The notes under the pieces: model-generated
Databases searched by the model: none
Told to the model about the DNA's origin: nothing
The model's input: only the letters and a program-made list of their open reading frames with translations
Made by a program: the position numbers and the translations under genes
Source of the DNA: an uncultured bacterium
Lineage (GTDB): Bacteria > Verrucomicrobiota > Verrucomicrobiia > Limisphaerales > UBA8199
Direction of reading: 5' to 3'
Length of the DNA: 64,000 bases
NCBI GenBank assembly: GCA_963749495.1
Contig: CAVVMW010000021.1
Span: 288,001-352,000 of the forward strand
Shown: in pieces, positions 11,411 to 21,390 of the stretch
How positions within the stretch are numbered: the first letter of the stretch is position 1
How the letters are laid out: each line of letters opens with the position of its first letter

Positions 11411-12994
11411 ATGAATGACTCTTTGAAAACGCGTTGGGCCCGCTGGCCTTGGCCCGGGGCGTCCGGGCTGGCCCTGGCGCTGGCGCTCGGGCTGGCCCTG
11501 CCCCTTGGCGCGGCGCAGGGCACCTCGGCAAAGACGCAAACCCAGAACCCGCCGGCCAATCTCAACATCGATGACTCCCCGCCGCCCCGTGACGCGCGGG
11601 CCGGCCTGAGCTTCGCCCCGGTGGTCAAAAAGGTGGCGCCCAGCGTCGTCAACATCTACTCGACAACCACCGTCCACGAGCGGGGTTTGCCCGGGACACT
11701 GTTCAACGACCCCCTGTTGCGCCGGTTCTTTGGCGAACATTTCGGCATGAATGACCAGCCGCGCTCTCACCAGGAGCAGGGCCTTGGCTCGGGCGTCATT
11801 GTCTCGGCCGACGGCTACATCCTCACCGCCAACCACATCGTCAATGGCGCCGATACCGTGAAGGTGGCTTTGGCGACGGGGGAGCAGGAGTTCGACGCCA
11901 AAGTCATCGGCACCGACCCCGCGACAGACGTGGCCGTGCTGCGGATCGAGTCCCGGAAACCGCTGCCGGCCATCACGCTGGGCGACAGCGACAAGCTCGA
12001 AGTCGGGGACGTGGTGCTGGCCCTGGGCAACCCCTTCGCCGTCGGCCAGACTGTCACCATGGGCATTGTCAGCGGCTTGGGACGCGGCGGCTTCGGCACC
12101 ACCGGCTACGAGGATTTCATCCAGACCGATGCGGCGATCAACCCAGGCAATTCCGGCGGGGCGCTGGTGGATTCGCAAGGCCGGCTGGTCGGCATCAACA
12201 CGGCCATCCTCACCCGCAGCGGCGGCTACCAGGGCGTCGGTTTCGCTGTCCCGATCAACATGGCCCGGTTCGTCATGGACATGCTCATCCGCGAGGGGCG
12301 GGTGACGCGCGGCTTCCTGGGCGTGTATCTCCAGACACTCACGCCTGCCCTGGCCCGGAACCTCGACTTGCCCGAGGACACCACGGGCGTGCTGGTTGGG
12401 GGCGTCAACCAGAACAGCCCTGCCGAAAAGGCCGGCATCCAAAACGGCGATGTCATTACCGAACTCAATGGCCGAAAAATGTCGGAGCGCCGCAATCTGC
12501 GGCTCCTGGTCGCCCAGACCCCGCCGGGCACCAAGGTCACGTTGCGGCTCTTGCGCGCCAGGCCCGGCCACGAGCCGGCCCAGCACACCCTGACGGCAAA
12601 ACTGGGCGAACTGCCCTCCGAGGCCCTGGCCGCCATGGGCGGCGCGCACCCCGCCCCCAAACCCCGAGGCCAGTCCAAGCTCGATGCCCTCAACGGCGTC
12701 GAGGTGACCGACCTGGATGCGCGCGTGCGCCGCCAGTTCGATCTCCCCGCCACCCTCCGCGGCGCCCTCGTGGTCAGTGTCGAGCAGGACTCCAATGCCG
12801 CCGAGGCCGGGCTGCACCCCGGCAACGTCCTCCTCGAAATCGATAAGCAACCGGTCGCCGACGCCGATGCCGCCATCCGGTTGAGCGACAAGGCCAAGGG
12901 CGAGCAGATGCTGCTCAGGGTCTGGAGCGGGGCCGAAGATGGCGGGTCCGCCGGCACACGTTATCTGGTGGTGGACAACATCAAACATAAGTGA
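11411..12994 (+). CDS. degP: Do/DegP-type periplasmic serine endoprotease with two PDZ domains
   Basis: GLGSGVI, TANH, TDVAV and QTDAAINPGNSGG motifs. Confidence 0.93.
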   Translation: MNDSLKTRWARWPWPGASGLALALALGLALPLGAAQGTSAKTQTQNPPANLNIDDSPPPRDARAGLSFAPVVKKVAPSVVNIYSTTTVHERGLPGTLFNDPLLRRFFGEHFGMNDQPRSHQEQGLGSGVIVSADGYILTANHIVNGADTVKVALATGEQEFDAKVIGTDPATDVAVLRIESRKPLPAITLGDSDKLEVGDVVLALGNPFAVGQTVTMGIVSGLGRGGFGTTGYEDFIQTDAAINPGNSGGALVDSQGRLVGINTAILTRSGGYQGVGFAVPINMARFVMDMLIREGRVTRGFLGVYLQTLTPALARNLDLPEDTTGVLVGGVNQNSPAEKAGIQNGDVITELNGRKMSERRNLRLLVAQTPPGTKVTLRLLRARPGHEPAQHTLTAKLGELPSEALAAMGGAHPAPKPRGQSKLDALNGVEVTDLDARVRRQFDLPATLRGALVVSVEQDSNAAEAGLHPGNVLLEIDKQPVADADAAIRLSDKAKGEQMLLRVWSGAEDGGSAGTRYLVVDNIKHK

Positions 12995-13000
12995 TACCGC

Positions 13001-13384
13001 ATGACATTGACATGGAGCCTGGTTACCAAGCACATCCGCCCCCACGGGCAGTTGCACAACAAACTCCAGCGGAAGATCGCCAAGCTCGAGGCCCACTTGG
13101 AGCATTTCCCCCAGGACGCCGTCCACCTGCAGGTCAACCTCTCCCGGCACCCCAGGAAGCTTTGGTTCACCGCCGCGCTGACCCTGCGGTTGCCCTCCAA
13201 TATCCTGCGCGCGCAAAAATCGGGTGAGGACCCCGTCCCGGCCTTCGACCAGGCCGTCAAGGCCCTCTTGCGCGAGGTCGCTGTCCTCAAGTCCGCCCTG
13301 CGCCGCGAATACCAGTGGCAGCACCCCGCCAAGTCCCTGGCCATCCCCAGCGTCCCCGCCCCGCTCGTGCAGGGCCGGGTCTGA
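13001..13384 (+). CDS. HPF/RaiA-like ribosome-associated protein
   Basis: Size and KLExHL..L.LP..L.A....D...AFD pattern typical of the family. Confidence 0.7.
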   Translation: MTLTWSLVTKHIRPHGQLHNKLQRKIAKLEAHLEHFPQDAVHLQVNLSRHPRKLWFTAALTLRLPSNILRAQKSGEDPVPAFDQAVKALLREVAVLKSALRREYQWQHPAKSLAIPSVPAPLVQGRV

Positions 13385-13387
13385 GGG

Positions 13388-13457
13388 AAAAGGCTAAAGG
13401 CTAAAGGCTATCCATCCTCCGTAGCAGTGCTACTGCGGAGGACGGAAAGGCTAAAGG
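13388..13457. repeat. (AAAGGCT)n heptamer tract interrupted by a 36-bp palindrome (13411-13446)
   Basis: aaaggct x3, then tccatcctccgtagcagtgctactgcggaggacgga, then aaggctaaagg. Confidence 0.8.
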
Positions 13458-13584
13458 AAGACGGCGGCGACCGCAGAGGGCGGGAGCAAGAAGGGAGCGC
13501 GGGCGGCCTGCCACCGCGTTGCGGGGCAGACCCCTCAGCCCGGCCCTGCCTCTCCACCTTCACTGAGGCCTGACTGACTTCCAT

Positions 13585-13710
13585 TGCGGACTGTGGACTG
13601 TGGACCGTGGATTGTGGACCGTGGACTGTGGACTGTGGACTCTGGACTGTGGACCGTGGACTGTGGACTGTGGACTGTGGACTGTGGACTGTGGACTGTG
13701 GACTGTGGAC
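13585..13710 (+). repeat. Tandem heptamer (TGTGGAC) x18
   Basis: Counted directly; ends just upstream of the dnaJ-like gene. Confidence 0.95.
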
Positions 13711-13748
13711 TTTAGGTGCGCTATACTCGGCTCGAAACAGAGGGTGAT

Positions 13749-14804
13749 ATGCCCGTGAAATACAAAGATTACTATCAGGCCTTGGGTGTCGCGCGCAACG
13801 CCAGCGATGACGAGATCAAGAAGGCCTTTCGCAAACTGGCGCGCCAGTATCATCCGGACGTGGCCAAGAACAAGAAACAGGCCGAGGAGAAATTCAAGGA
13901 GATCAACGAGGCCTACGAGGTGTTGGGCGATGCGCCCAAGCGCAAGCGCTACGATGAACTGGGGCCGGACTGGAATTCGGGCGCCGGCTTCCGCCCGCCG
14001 CCCGGCTGGCAATCCGGCCAGGGCGGTTTCCGGAGCCAGGGGCCCGGCGGCCCGGACTCCGAGTTCCAGTTTGGCGGCACCGGTTTCAGCGATTTCTTCG
14101 AGCACGTCTTCGGGTCCCGGGGCGGGCGCGGGCGGAGGGGCCCGGCCTGGCAGGGCGGCTTTGCCGAAGACGACCTGGCCGTGGAGCGGGGACAGGACAT
14201 GGAGGGCAACCTGTTGGTCACACTGGAAGAGGCCATGAGAGGCTCTTTGCGGACGGTGTCGGCGCGCCACACTGTTCCATGCGGTGAGTGCGGCGGCACC
14301 GGCGCCCGCGCCCGCATGGCCTGCCGCGCCTGCGGCGGCACCGGCCAGGTGGCCAAGACCGACACCTACCAGGTCAAGATTCCCCCAGGCGTCACCGAAG
14401 GCCAGCGCCTGCGCGTGGCCGGGCGCGGCCAAGCCGGCGCGGGCGGCGCCGCCCCCGGCAACCTCTACCTGCGCGTCCGCCTGGCCAAACACCCCGATTT
14501 CACGGTCGAAAACCACAACCTCATTTACGAAGCCAGCCTCGCCCCCTGGGAAGCCGTGCTGGGCGCGAAGATCGCCGTGCCGACGCTTAACGGCGGCATC
14601 AGCATCCGCATCCCGCCCGGCACTCAGAATGGGCAAAGACTGCGCGTGCGCGGCCGCGGCCTGCCCCAGCGCGCCGGCGGCGGCGACTTGATCGTCGTCG
14701 CGCGCATCGAAGTGCCCGAGCGGGTCTCCGACTCCGAACGCAAGCTCTGGGAGCAACTGGCCCGCGAGTCGCGATTCGACCCCAGGGGAGTTAGTGGTCA
14801 GTAG
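13749..14804 (+). CDS. DnaJ-class chaperone (CbpA-like) with two CxxCxGxG motifs
   Basis: [29 protein letters not shown] and CRACGGTG; DnaJ C-terminal domain. Confidence 0.93.
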   Translation: MPVKYKDYYQALGVARNASDDEIKKAFRKLARQYHPDVAKNKKQAEEKFKEINEAYEVLGDAPKRKRYDELGPDWNSGAGFRPPPGWQSGQGGFRSQGPGGPDSEFQFGGTGFSDFFEHVFGSRGGRGRRGPAWQGGFAEDDLAVERGQDMEGNLLVTLEEAMRGSLRTVSARHTVPCGECGGTGARARMACRACGGTGQVAKTDTYQVKIPPGVTEGQRLRVAGRGQAGAGGAAPGNLYLRVRLAKHPDFTVENHNLIYEASLAPWEAVLGAKIAVPTLNGGISIRIPPGTQNGQRLRVRGRGLPQRAGGGDLIVVARIEVPERVSDSERKLWEQLARESRFDPRGVSGQ

Positions 14805-14860
14805 TCTTCGGAATCCCGCGTTGGGACCACGAACCGGACGGGCCTCGCCTGGCGCGAAGC

Positions 14861-14940
14861 GTTTTGGACTGCGCCAGTCCTCTGGCGCTTTTTGGAACCA
14901 GGGGACGCGAAAGCGCCAGAGGACTGGCGCAGTCCAAAAC
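14861..14940. repeat. Family B palindromic element (GTTTTGGA(C/G)TGCG..CGCA(G/C)TCCAAAAC)
   Basis: Near-perfect 80-bp inverted repeat; five copies in the window. Confidence 0.92.
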
Positions 14941-15092
14941 CTTGCGGGCTTCCCGACGCGGCGCTCCAATTGCCTGGCTTGCCGAGGGCCGACAAAGGTG
15001 AGATGCGCCCGGGCGCATCCCCCCTGCACGATTTTGATTGCTCCCAATCATCCCGATGCTATAATCGGTCAAATTCGATCACGTACTGAGAC

Positions 15093-15872
15093 ATGCCCGA
15101 TCTGGACGGAAGAGCCCTGGCGCCGCAGCGGTGGAACGACCTGCGCGCCTTGATTCGCGACAGCGGCGTCATCCGCGTCGAGGACCTTTGCCGCCGGCTG
15201 GGGGTCTCGGCCGCCACGGTGCGGCGGGACCTGGACCAACTGGAGCGCAGCGGCTCCATCCGCCGCGTCCATGGCGGCGCGGTCAGCGTCGAGAGCCGCC
15301 TGGATGAGCCGGTCTTCGAGGACAAGACCTCGCTGGCCGTGCGCGAGAAACGGCGGATTGCCGAGGCGGCGGCGGGCCTCATCGAGCCGGGTGACACGAT
15401 CTACCTGGACGGCGGCAGCACGGTGCTGGAGTTGGCGCGCCTGCTCCGCGAGCGGACCCGTCTGACCGTCGTCACCAACTCCCTGCACGCCGCCTATGAA
15501 CTGGCAGGCCGCGGGCCCCGCCTCATCGTCATCGGCGGCGAGTTGCGGCGGCTGAGCCAGACGCTGGTCGGCCCCCTCACGCGCCTGGTGCTGGAGGGGC
15601 TGCACCTGGACAAGGCCTTCATGGGGACGATCGGCTTCGCCCTCGGGCAGGGCCTCACCACGACGGACCCGAGCGAGGCCTTTACAAAACAACTCGTCAG
15701 CGCCCATGCCCGCCAGGTCATTCTGCTGGCCGACAGCTCCAAGGCGGGCAAGGTCTCCTTCGCCTCCGCCGGCAACTGGGAGAGCATCCACGTGCTGATT
15801 ACCGACAAGCAGATCGAAAAGAGTTTCGCTCGAGACCTCGCGGCCAGAGGGATCAAAATCGTGCGAGCGTGA
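15093..15872 (+). CDS. DeoR/GlpR family transcriptional regulator
   Basis: VSAATVRRDL HTH; RVHGGA, LDGGST, TNS and ADSSK motifs. Confidence 0.95.
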   Translation: MPDLDGRALAPQRWNDLRALIRDSGVIRVEDLCRRLGVSAATVRRDLDQLERSGSIRRVHGGAVSVESRLDEPVFEDKTSLAVREKRRIAEAAAGLIEPGDTIYLDGGSTVLELARLLRERTRLTVVTNSLHAAYELAGRGPRLIVIGGELRRLSQTLVGPLTRLVLEGLHLDKAFMGTIGFALGQGLTTTDPSEAFTKQLVSAHARQVILLADSSKAGKVSFASAGNWESIHVLITDKQIEKSFARDLAARGIKIVRA

Positions 15873-15892
15873 AAAATCACTGCACACTACCC

Positions 15893-18193
15893 ATGACAAA
15901 ATCACCTGTCTATTTGAGCAATTCGCGGCCGAAGTTCACCCCGTTCGAGATTGACTGCGGGCGCATCCCGGCCTACCGCTACGCCGGCAAGCTCGAGAGC
16001 GAGCTCAAGGCCGGGACTATCACGCCCGCCGAGGCGGTGGCCTTGCTGGAGGACATGCTGGTCATCCGCGAATTCGAGGAGATGATCGTCAAACTGCGTT
16101 CGGGGGCCTATGAACCCATCCGGGGGTTTAACTATCGGGGCCCGACCCACGTGTCGGTCGGCCAGGAAGGGACAGCGGCCGGGGCGTGCTCGGCACTGCG
16201 ATTGGCCGACAACATCACCAGCACCCACCGCGGGCACGGCGAGAGCCTGGCCAAGGGCACCGTCGCCTTGCGCCAGATGACCGATGAGCAACTGCGCCGG
16301 CGCGTGCCCGAGTGCCAGGCCGCGCGTCGCGAGGAACTGCTGGAGGCCGCCCTCGAACGACACGTCTATCGCACCATTTGCGAACTCTTCGGCAAGGACG
16401 ACGGTTATTGCCGCGGGCGCGGCGGCTCCATGCACATCGCCGATTTCAGCGTCGGCCATCTCGGGGCCAACGCCATCGTCGGCGGCGGCGTGCCGATCGC
16501 CACCGGCGCCGCGCTGGCCAACCGCTACCTGGAGCGCGGCAGCGTGGTCTGCTGCTTCGCGGGCGACGGGGCCTTCGCCAACGGCGTCGTGCTGGAGGCC
16601 CTGAATTTCGCCGCCCAAGCCCAGTTCACCAATCACCTGGCCGAGGGCCGCAAAGGGGGCCTGCCAATCGTGTTCCTGGTGTGCAACAACCATTACGGGA
16701 TGACCGGACGGTGCGATGACGAGGTGATGGGGGTCGAGCGCATTGCGCGCCGGGCGGCCGGGTTCGCCACCAACAACATGCACGCCGAGGTCGTCAACGG
16801 CATGAACGTGCTGGCCGTGCGCGAGGGGGTCGGGCGCGCCGTGGGCCTCTGCCGCCAGGGACAGGGCCCCGTGCTCCTGGACGTGGATTGCTACCGCTAT
16901 TGGGGCCACTCGCTGAGCGACCCGCGCAATGAGTACCGCACCCGCGAGGAAGAGGCGGCCTGGCGCGCCGCCGACGCCATCCAGGCCTACAAGCAGGAGT
17001 TGCTCGAGGCCAAGGCGCTCGATGCCGCCGGCATCGCCGCGGTGGAACGGCGTGTCGCCGAGCGCAACGCGCGCGCCGCCAAGCGCGCCGCCGCCGCCGC
17101 CGACCCTGCGCCCGAGGAGGTCCTCACCTTCATGTACACCGACACGAAGTGCGAGACCGTGCCGGCCGAATCTGCCGGCGCTGCCCTGGTGGGCCCGCTG
17201 CCGGAGATCAAGCGGGCCAACGGCGAACTGACTTACAAGGACGCCCTCAAGGAGGCACTGGTCCAAGAGATGCTCCGCGACAAGCGGGTGATCTTCTATG
17301 GCGAGGACGTGGCGGACTACGGCGGGGCCTTCAAAGTGACCAAGGGCCTGCTGGAGGCCTTCGGACGCGACCGCGTCTTTAACACGCCGATCAGCGAGGC
17401 CTGCATCTGCGGCACCGCCTGCGGCGCCGCCATGAACGGCCTCCGGCCCGTGGTCGAGTTGATGTACTTCGATTTCGCGCTGATGTCGTCCGACCAGATC
17501 AGCAACCAGGCGGCCAAGTGGCACTACATGAGCGGCGCTCAGACCGAAGTGCCGCTGGTCATCCGCGCCTCCGCCGGCGCGGGCAAGGGCTACGGCGGCC
17601 AGCACTCCCAGACACTCGAATCGGTCTTCTGCCACATCCCCGGGCTCTACGTGGTTTATCCCGCAACGCCTTACGACGCCAAGGGCCTGCTCAAGGCGGC
17701 CATCCGGGACAATAACCCCGTCCTGTTCGTCGAGTCCCAGGCCCTCTACGGCATGAAAGGGCCGGTGCCGGAAGGCGACTACGTGGTGCCGCTGGGCGTG
17801 GCGGAGGTCCGGCGGCCGGGCGCCGACCTCACGCTGGTGGCCTGGGGCCCGGTGGTCCACGATTGCCTCAAGGCCGCCGACCAGCTCCAGGCTGAACGCG
17901 GCGTCAGCGCCGAGGTCATCGACCTGCGCTGCCTGGTCCCGCTGGACCTCCAGACCGTCTTGCGCTCGGTCCAAAAGACCGGCCGTTGCATCGTTGCCAG
18001 CCAGGCGGTCAACATTGGCAGCTACACGGCCGAGATTGCCTCGACCATCCAGGACGAGGCCTTCGACTACTTGGACGCCCCAGTCAAACGGGTTGGCGCC
18101 AAAAACGGCATCGCCCCCCAATCATACATCCTGGAGGCCGCGTTTCTCCCCAACGCAAACGACATCGTCGCTGCAGCGGCTGCTATCCTTTGA
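15893..18193 (+). CDS. 2-oxoacid/acetoin dehydrogenase-like E1, fused alpha+beta
   Basis: GQE, THRGHG, GRGGSMH, GDGA..NN ThDP motif, GHSLSD; beta part with GEDV, TPISE and QHSQ. Confidence 0.92.
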   Translation: MTKSPVYLSNSRPKFTPFEIDCGRIPAYRYAGKLESELKAGTITPAEAVALLEDMLVIREFEEMIVKLRSGAYEPIRGFNYRGPTHVSVGQEGTAAGACSALRLADNITSTHRGHGESLAKGTVALRQMTDEQLRRRVPECQAARREELLEAALERHVYRTICELFGKDDGYCRGRGGSMHIADFSVGHLGANAIVGGGVPIATGAALANRYLERGSVVCCFAGDGAFANGVVLEALNFAAQAQFTNHLAEGRKGGLPIVFLVCNNHYGMTGRCDDEVMGVERIARRAAGFATNNMHAEVVNGMNVLAVREGVGRAVGLCRQGQGPVLLDVDCYRYWGHSLSDPRNEYRTREEEAAWRAADAIQAYKQELLEAKALDAAGIAAVERRVAERNARAAKRAAAAADPAPEEVLTFMYTDTKCETVPAESAGAALVGPLPEIKRANGELTYKDALKEALVQEMLRDKRVIFYGEDVADYGGAFKVTKGLLEAFGRDRVFNTPISEACICGTACGAAMNGLRPVVELMYFDFALMSSDQISNQAAKWHYMSGAQTEVPLVIRASAGAGKGYGGQHSQTLESVFCHIPGLYVVYPATPYDAKGLLKAAIRDNNPVLFVESQALYGMKGPVPEGDYVVPLGVAEVRRPGADLTLVAWGPVVHDCLKAADQLQAERGVSAEVIDLRCLVPLDLQTVLRSVQKTGRCIVASQAVNIGSYTAEIASTIQDEAFDYLDAPVKRVGAKNGIAPQSYILEAAFLPNANDIVAAAAAIL

Positions 18194-18259
18194 GCGAAAA
18201 AGCTACGTATGACCACCCACCGATGCCCTCGCCGGTTGCAAGGAGCCCCTTCTCCTCAC

Positions 18260-18468
18260 CGCGTAGCGGTGCCTGAAGGTAGCCGTGGACTTCCAGTCCA
18301 CGGAACCCTGGCCCAGCATTACTCGCGTCGCGTAGCAACGCCTGAAAACGGGGTCCGAGTCGACAGCACGAAGGCATCGGGCGTCGCTACGCGACGCATT
18401 GCTTGCTTCGCTCGGCAAACCGTGGACTTCCAGTCCACGGCTACCATCACTGCGTCGCTACGCGACGC
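18260..18468. repeat. Family C REP-like composite palindrome (CCGTGGACTTCCAGTCCACGG x2 with CGTCGCGTAGC/GCTACGCGACG arms)
   Basis: Read directly between the E1 and E2 genes. Confidence 0.8.
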
Positions 18469-18505
18469 ACAGCCAAACCGCGCCCCGGAACACTTCTGAC
18501 CTCCC

Positions 18506-19888
18506 ATGGCTACCCCAATCATCATGCCCAAGTTCGGGCAAATGACCGAAGAGAGCTCGATCGTCGAGTGGCTCAAGAAGGAGGGCGATGCGGTCGCCAA
18601 AGGTGACATCCTCTTCACCGTCGAAACCGACAAGTCGGTGATGGAGGTCGAAAGCTTCGAGCAAGGCACGCTGCTCAAGATCCTCGTGCCGCCTGGCAAG
18701 AGCGTTCCGGTCCAATGCACTGTCGCCTTTCTGGGCCAGCCCGGCGAGCCGATCCCGGCAGTGCCGGCGGTGAAAGGCCCCAGACCCCCCACCCCGACCC
18801 TCTCCCCTTCGGAAGGGGAGAGGGCGAAGCGCCGGCCGGCTCCGGAACTTTCAAGCGTCTCGGCTTCCTCAAGCCGCGAGCGAGAATTCTCCCTCTCCCC
18901 TTCGGAAGGGGTGAGGGGTCCGGCCGAGTACCCAGCGTTGCCGGCGCTGTTGCGCATCAGCCCGCGCGCCAGACAGTTGGCTGCGGAGTGCGTCATTGAC
19001 CCGGCGCGCATCCCAGGGTCCGGCCCCAACGGGCGTATCATCGAGCGAGACGTGAGGGCCTACCTGGAAGGCAGGGGTTATGGCCGGCTCCGGATTTCGC
19101 CTGCCGCCAAGGAGCTGGCGGCCCGGGAGAAGCTGGATCTCCTGGCCCTCACCGGCACCGGCGAGGCCGGGCGAATCGGGGTCGACAACGTCCAGCGCGC
19201 CTTGGCCGAGCGGCCCAGGCCCCTGAGCAAGATGCGGCAGGTCATCGCCCAGCGCCTCAGCCAGAGCGTCCTCACGGCCCCCCATTTCTTCGTCACCGTC
19301 GAGGTCAACCTGACGGGCCTGCTCGAGTTGCGCGCCCGGCTCAAAGAGCAAGGCGCCCCCTACACGGTCACCGACTTCATCTCGCAGGCGGTCGTGCTGG
19401 CCTTGAAGGAGTTCCCGGATGTTAACAGTTGGACCGACGGCAAGAGCGTCCGCTGGAACAGTCGGGTACACCTCGGCCTGGCGGTGTCGCTCGAACAGGG
19501 TCTGGTCGTCCCGGTAATCCGCAATGCGGACGAGTTGACCCTGCCCGAACTCAATGCCCGCTCGCGGGAACTGGCCGACAAGGCCCGCAAGGGCAAGCTC
19601 TCCCCGGACGAGATGAGCGGCAGCACCTTCACCATCTCGAACATGGGCATGCTCGATGTCGAGAACTTCACCGCCATTATCAACCCTGGCGAATCCGCCA
19701 TCCTCGCCGTCGCCAGCGCCCTCAGCAAACCGGTCGTGCGCGACGGCCGGGTCGTCGTCCGCTCGATCATGAAGATGACCATGTCGTCCGACCATCGCCT
19801 CATCAACGGCGTCCTGGCCGCGCGCTTCACCAATGCCGTCAAACAAAAGCTCGAGGACCTCGAAATATGGAAGCGGCTTGCGGCATAG
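18506..19888 (+). CDS. Dihydrolipoamide acyltransferase E2, with an in-frame family A insertion in the linker
   Basis: ETDKS lipoyl site; two E3-binding GxGxxGRI repeats; STFTISNMG and DHR motifs. Confidence 0.93.
   Translation: MATPIIMPKFGQMTEESSIVEWLKKEGDAVAKGDILFTVETDKSVMEVESFEQGTLLKILVPPGKSVPVQCTVAFLGQPGEPIPAVPAVKGPRPPTPTLSPSEGERAKRRPAPELSSVSASSSREREFSLSPSEGVRGPAEYPALPALLRISPRARQLAAECVIDPARIPGSGPNGRIIERDVRAYLEGRGYGRLRISPAAKELAAREKLDLLALTGTGEAGRIGVDNVQRALAERPRPLSKMRQVIAQRLSQSVLTAPHFFVTVEVNLTGLLELRARLKEQGAPYTVTDFISQAVVLALKEFPDVNSWTDGKSVRWNSRVHLGLAVSLEQGLVVPVIRNADELTLPELNARSRELADKARKGKLSPDEMSGSTFTISNMGMLDVENFTAIINPGESAILAVASALSKPVVRDGRVVVRSIMKMTMSSDHRLINGVLAARFTNAVKQKLEDLEIWKRLAA
18783..18920. 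repeat. Family A element inside the E2 coding sequence
   Basis: Encodes PPTPTLSPSEGERA..SLSPSEGVRG; right arm partly deleted. Confidence 0.88.
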
Positions 19889-19921
19889 CCCTCACCCCTG
19901 CGTCATCGCCAAGCCCGCAAG

Positions 19922-20001
19922 GTTTTGGAGTGCGGCAGTCCTCTGCTGCTTTCTCGTCCCCACCCTCCAAAAAGCGGCAGAGGACTGCCGCACTCCAAAA
20001 C
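19922..20001. repeat. Family B element, followed by (TCGTCAT)n and (TCCGCCC)n heptamers up to about 20097
   Basis: Read directly. Confidence 0.9.
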
Positions 20002-20100
20002 GCTTCGCGAATCCGGCGGCGCGCCTCCACCGGGCACATTCCGTCATTCGTCATTCGTCATTCGTCATTCCGTATTCCGCCCTCCGCCCTCCGCACTTAA

Positions 20101-21327
20101 ATGATCGCCCCCTGCAGGACTTTCGTCGGCTTCGGTTTCGGCGCCATCCAGGCCGGGTTGTTTCTCTACGAGGCATCGCGGTCGGGCAGCTTCGGGCGGT
20201 TGGTCGTGGCGGAGGTTGTGCCCGAGGTGGTTGAGGCGGTGCGGCGGGCGGGGGGCTGCTACCGGGTCAACATCGCCACGCAATCCGGGATCGAGGTGCG
20301 GGAGGTGCGCGATGTCGAGATCTTCAACCCGCGCGTGGCTTCGGACGCCGAGGCACTGGCCGCCGCCCTGGCTGAGGCCTCCGAGGTCTGCACCGCCTTG
20401 CCGAGCGTCGAGTTCTACTCGATCGGGGAACCGTCCGTGGCCGGGCTCATTGGCCGGGGGATGGAGCGGAAGGCGGTCGGCAAGGCCCTGCCGCGATGCA
20501 TCGTTTATACCGCTGAAAACCACAATCACGCCGCCGAGATCCTGCAAGGGCTTTGCGAACAGGGCGTGGACCCAGCCGCGCGCGCGGCGGTCCGCCGGAC
20601 CGTGCAATACCTCAACACGGTCATCGGCAAGATGAGCGGGGTGGTGAGCGGGGCGGAGCCGATTCGGGCGGAGGGACTGGCCTGCCTGGCTGAGGGGTTT
20701 GAGCGTGCCTTCCTGGTCGAGGAGTTCAACCGCATCCTGATCAGTCGCATTGCCCTGCCGGACTTCCGGCGCGGCATCAAGGTCTTCATCGAGAAGCCCG
20801 ATCTCCTCCCCTTCGAGGAGGCCAAACTCTACGGACACAACGCTGTCCACGCCCTCATCGGTTACCTGGCCCGCCGCAACGGCTGCCGCTTTATGTCCGA
20901 GGCGGCCGGGGACCGGCGCCTGATGGCCCTGGCGCGGGAGGCCTTTGTTGCCGAATCTGGCCCTGCCCTGATCGCGCGGCACAAAGGACTGGACCCCCTC
21001 TTCACGCCGGCAGGTTACCGGGCCTACGGAGAAGACCTCCTGGCCCGCATGGCCAACCCTTATCTGCGCGACCGCACCGAGCGCGTCACACGCGACACGC
21101 GCCGCAAACTCGCCTGGGACGACCGCCTCATCGGCACGATGCGCCTGGCCCTGGACGCGGGCCTGACGCCCTGGCGCCTGGCCCTGGGCGCCGCAGCGGC
21201 CCTCGAGACCCTCCCTGTGGGCTGGGACGAACTCTGGCCGGTGCCTGACGCGCCCCCGGGACGCAAGATGCAGCTTATGGATTTGATCGCGCAGGCCCGA
21301 AAGAAACTGATCTCCGGTGATTGGTAA
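20101..21327 (+). CDS. Mannitol-1-phosphate 5-dehydrogenase-like polyol-phosphate dehydrogenase
   Basis: GFGFGAIQAG Rossmann motif; AEN, KLYGHNAVHA, RMANPYLRD and RKLAWDDRL motifs. Confidence 0.75.
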   Translation: MIAPCRTFVGFGFGAIQAGLFLYEASRSGSFGRLVVAEVVPEVVEAVRRAGGCYRVNIATQSGIEVREVRDVEIFNPRVASDAEALAAALAEASEVCTALPSVEFYSIGEPSVAGLIGRGMERKAVGKALPRCIVYTAENHNHAAEILQGLCEQGVDPAARAAVRRTVQYLNTVIGKMSGVVSGAEPIRAEGLACLAEGFERAFLVEEFNRILISRIALPDFRRGIKVFIEKPDLLPFEEAKLYGHNAVHALIGYLARRNGCRFMSEAAGDRRLMALAREAFVAESGPALIARHKGLDPLFTPAGYRAYGEDLLARMANPYLRDRTERVTRDTRRKLAWDDRLIGTMRLALDAGLTPWRLALGAAAALETLPVGWDELWPVPDAPPGRKMQLMDLIAQARKKLISGDW

Positions 21328-21390
21328 GTGAAAACGTCCGACGCGTCTGACCCGTCTGACGTGTTCTTGCTGAACAAAAGTGATCTAACT

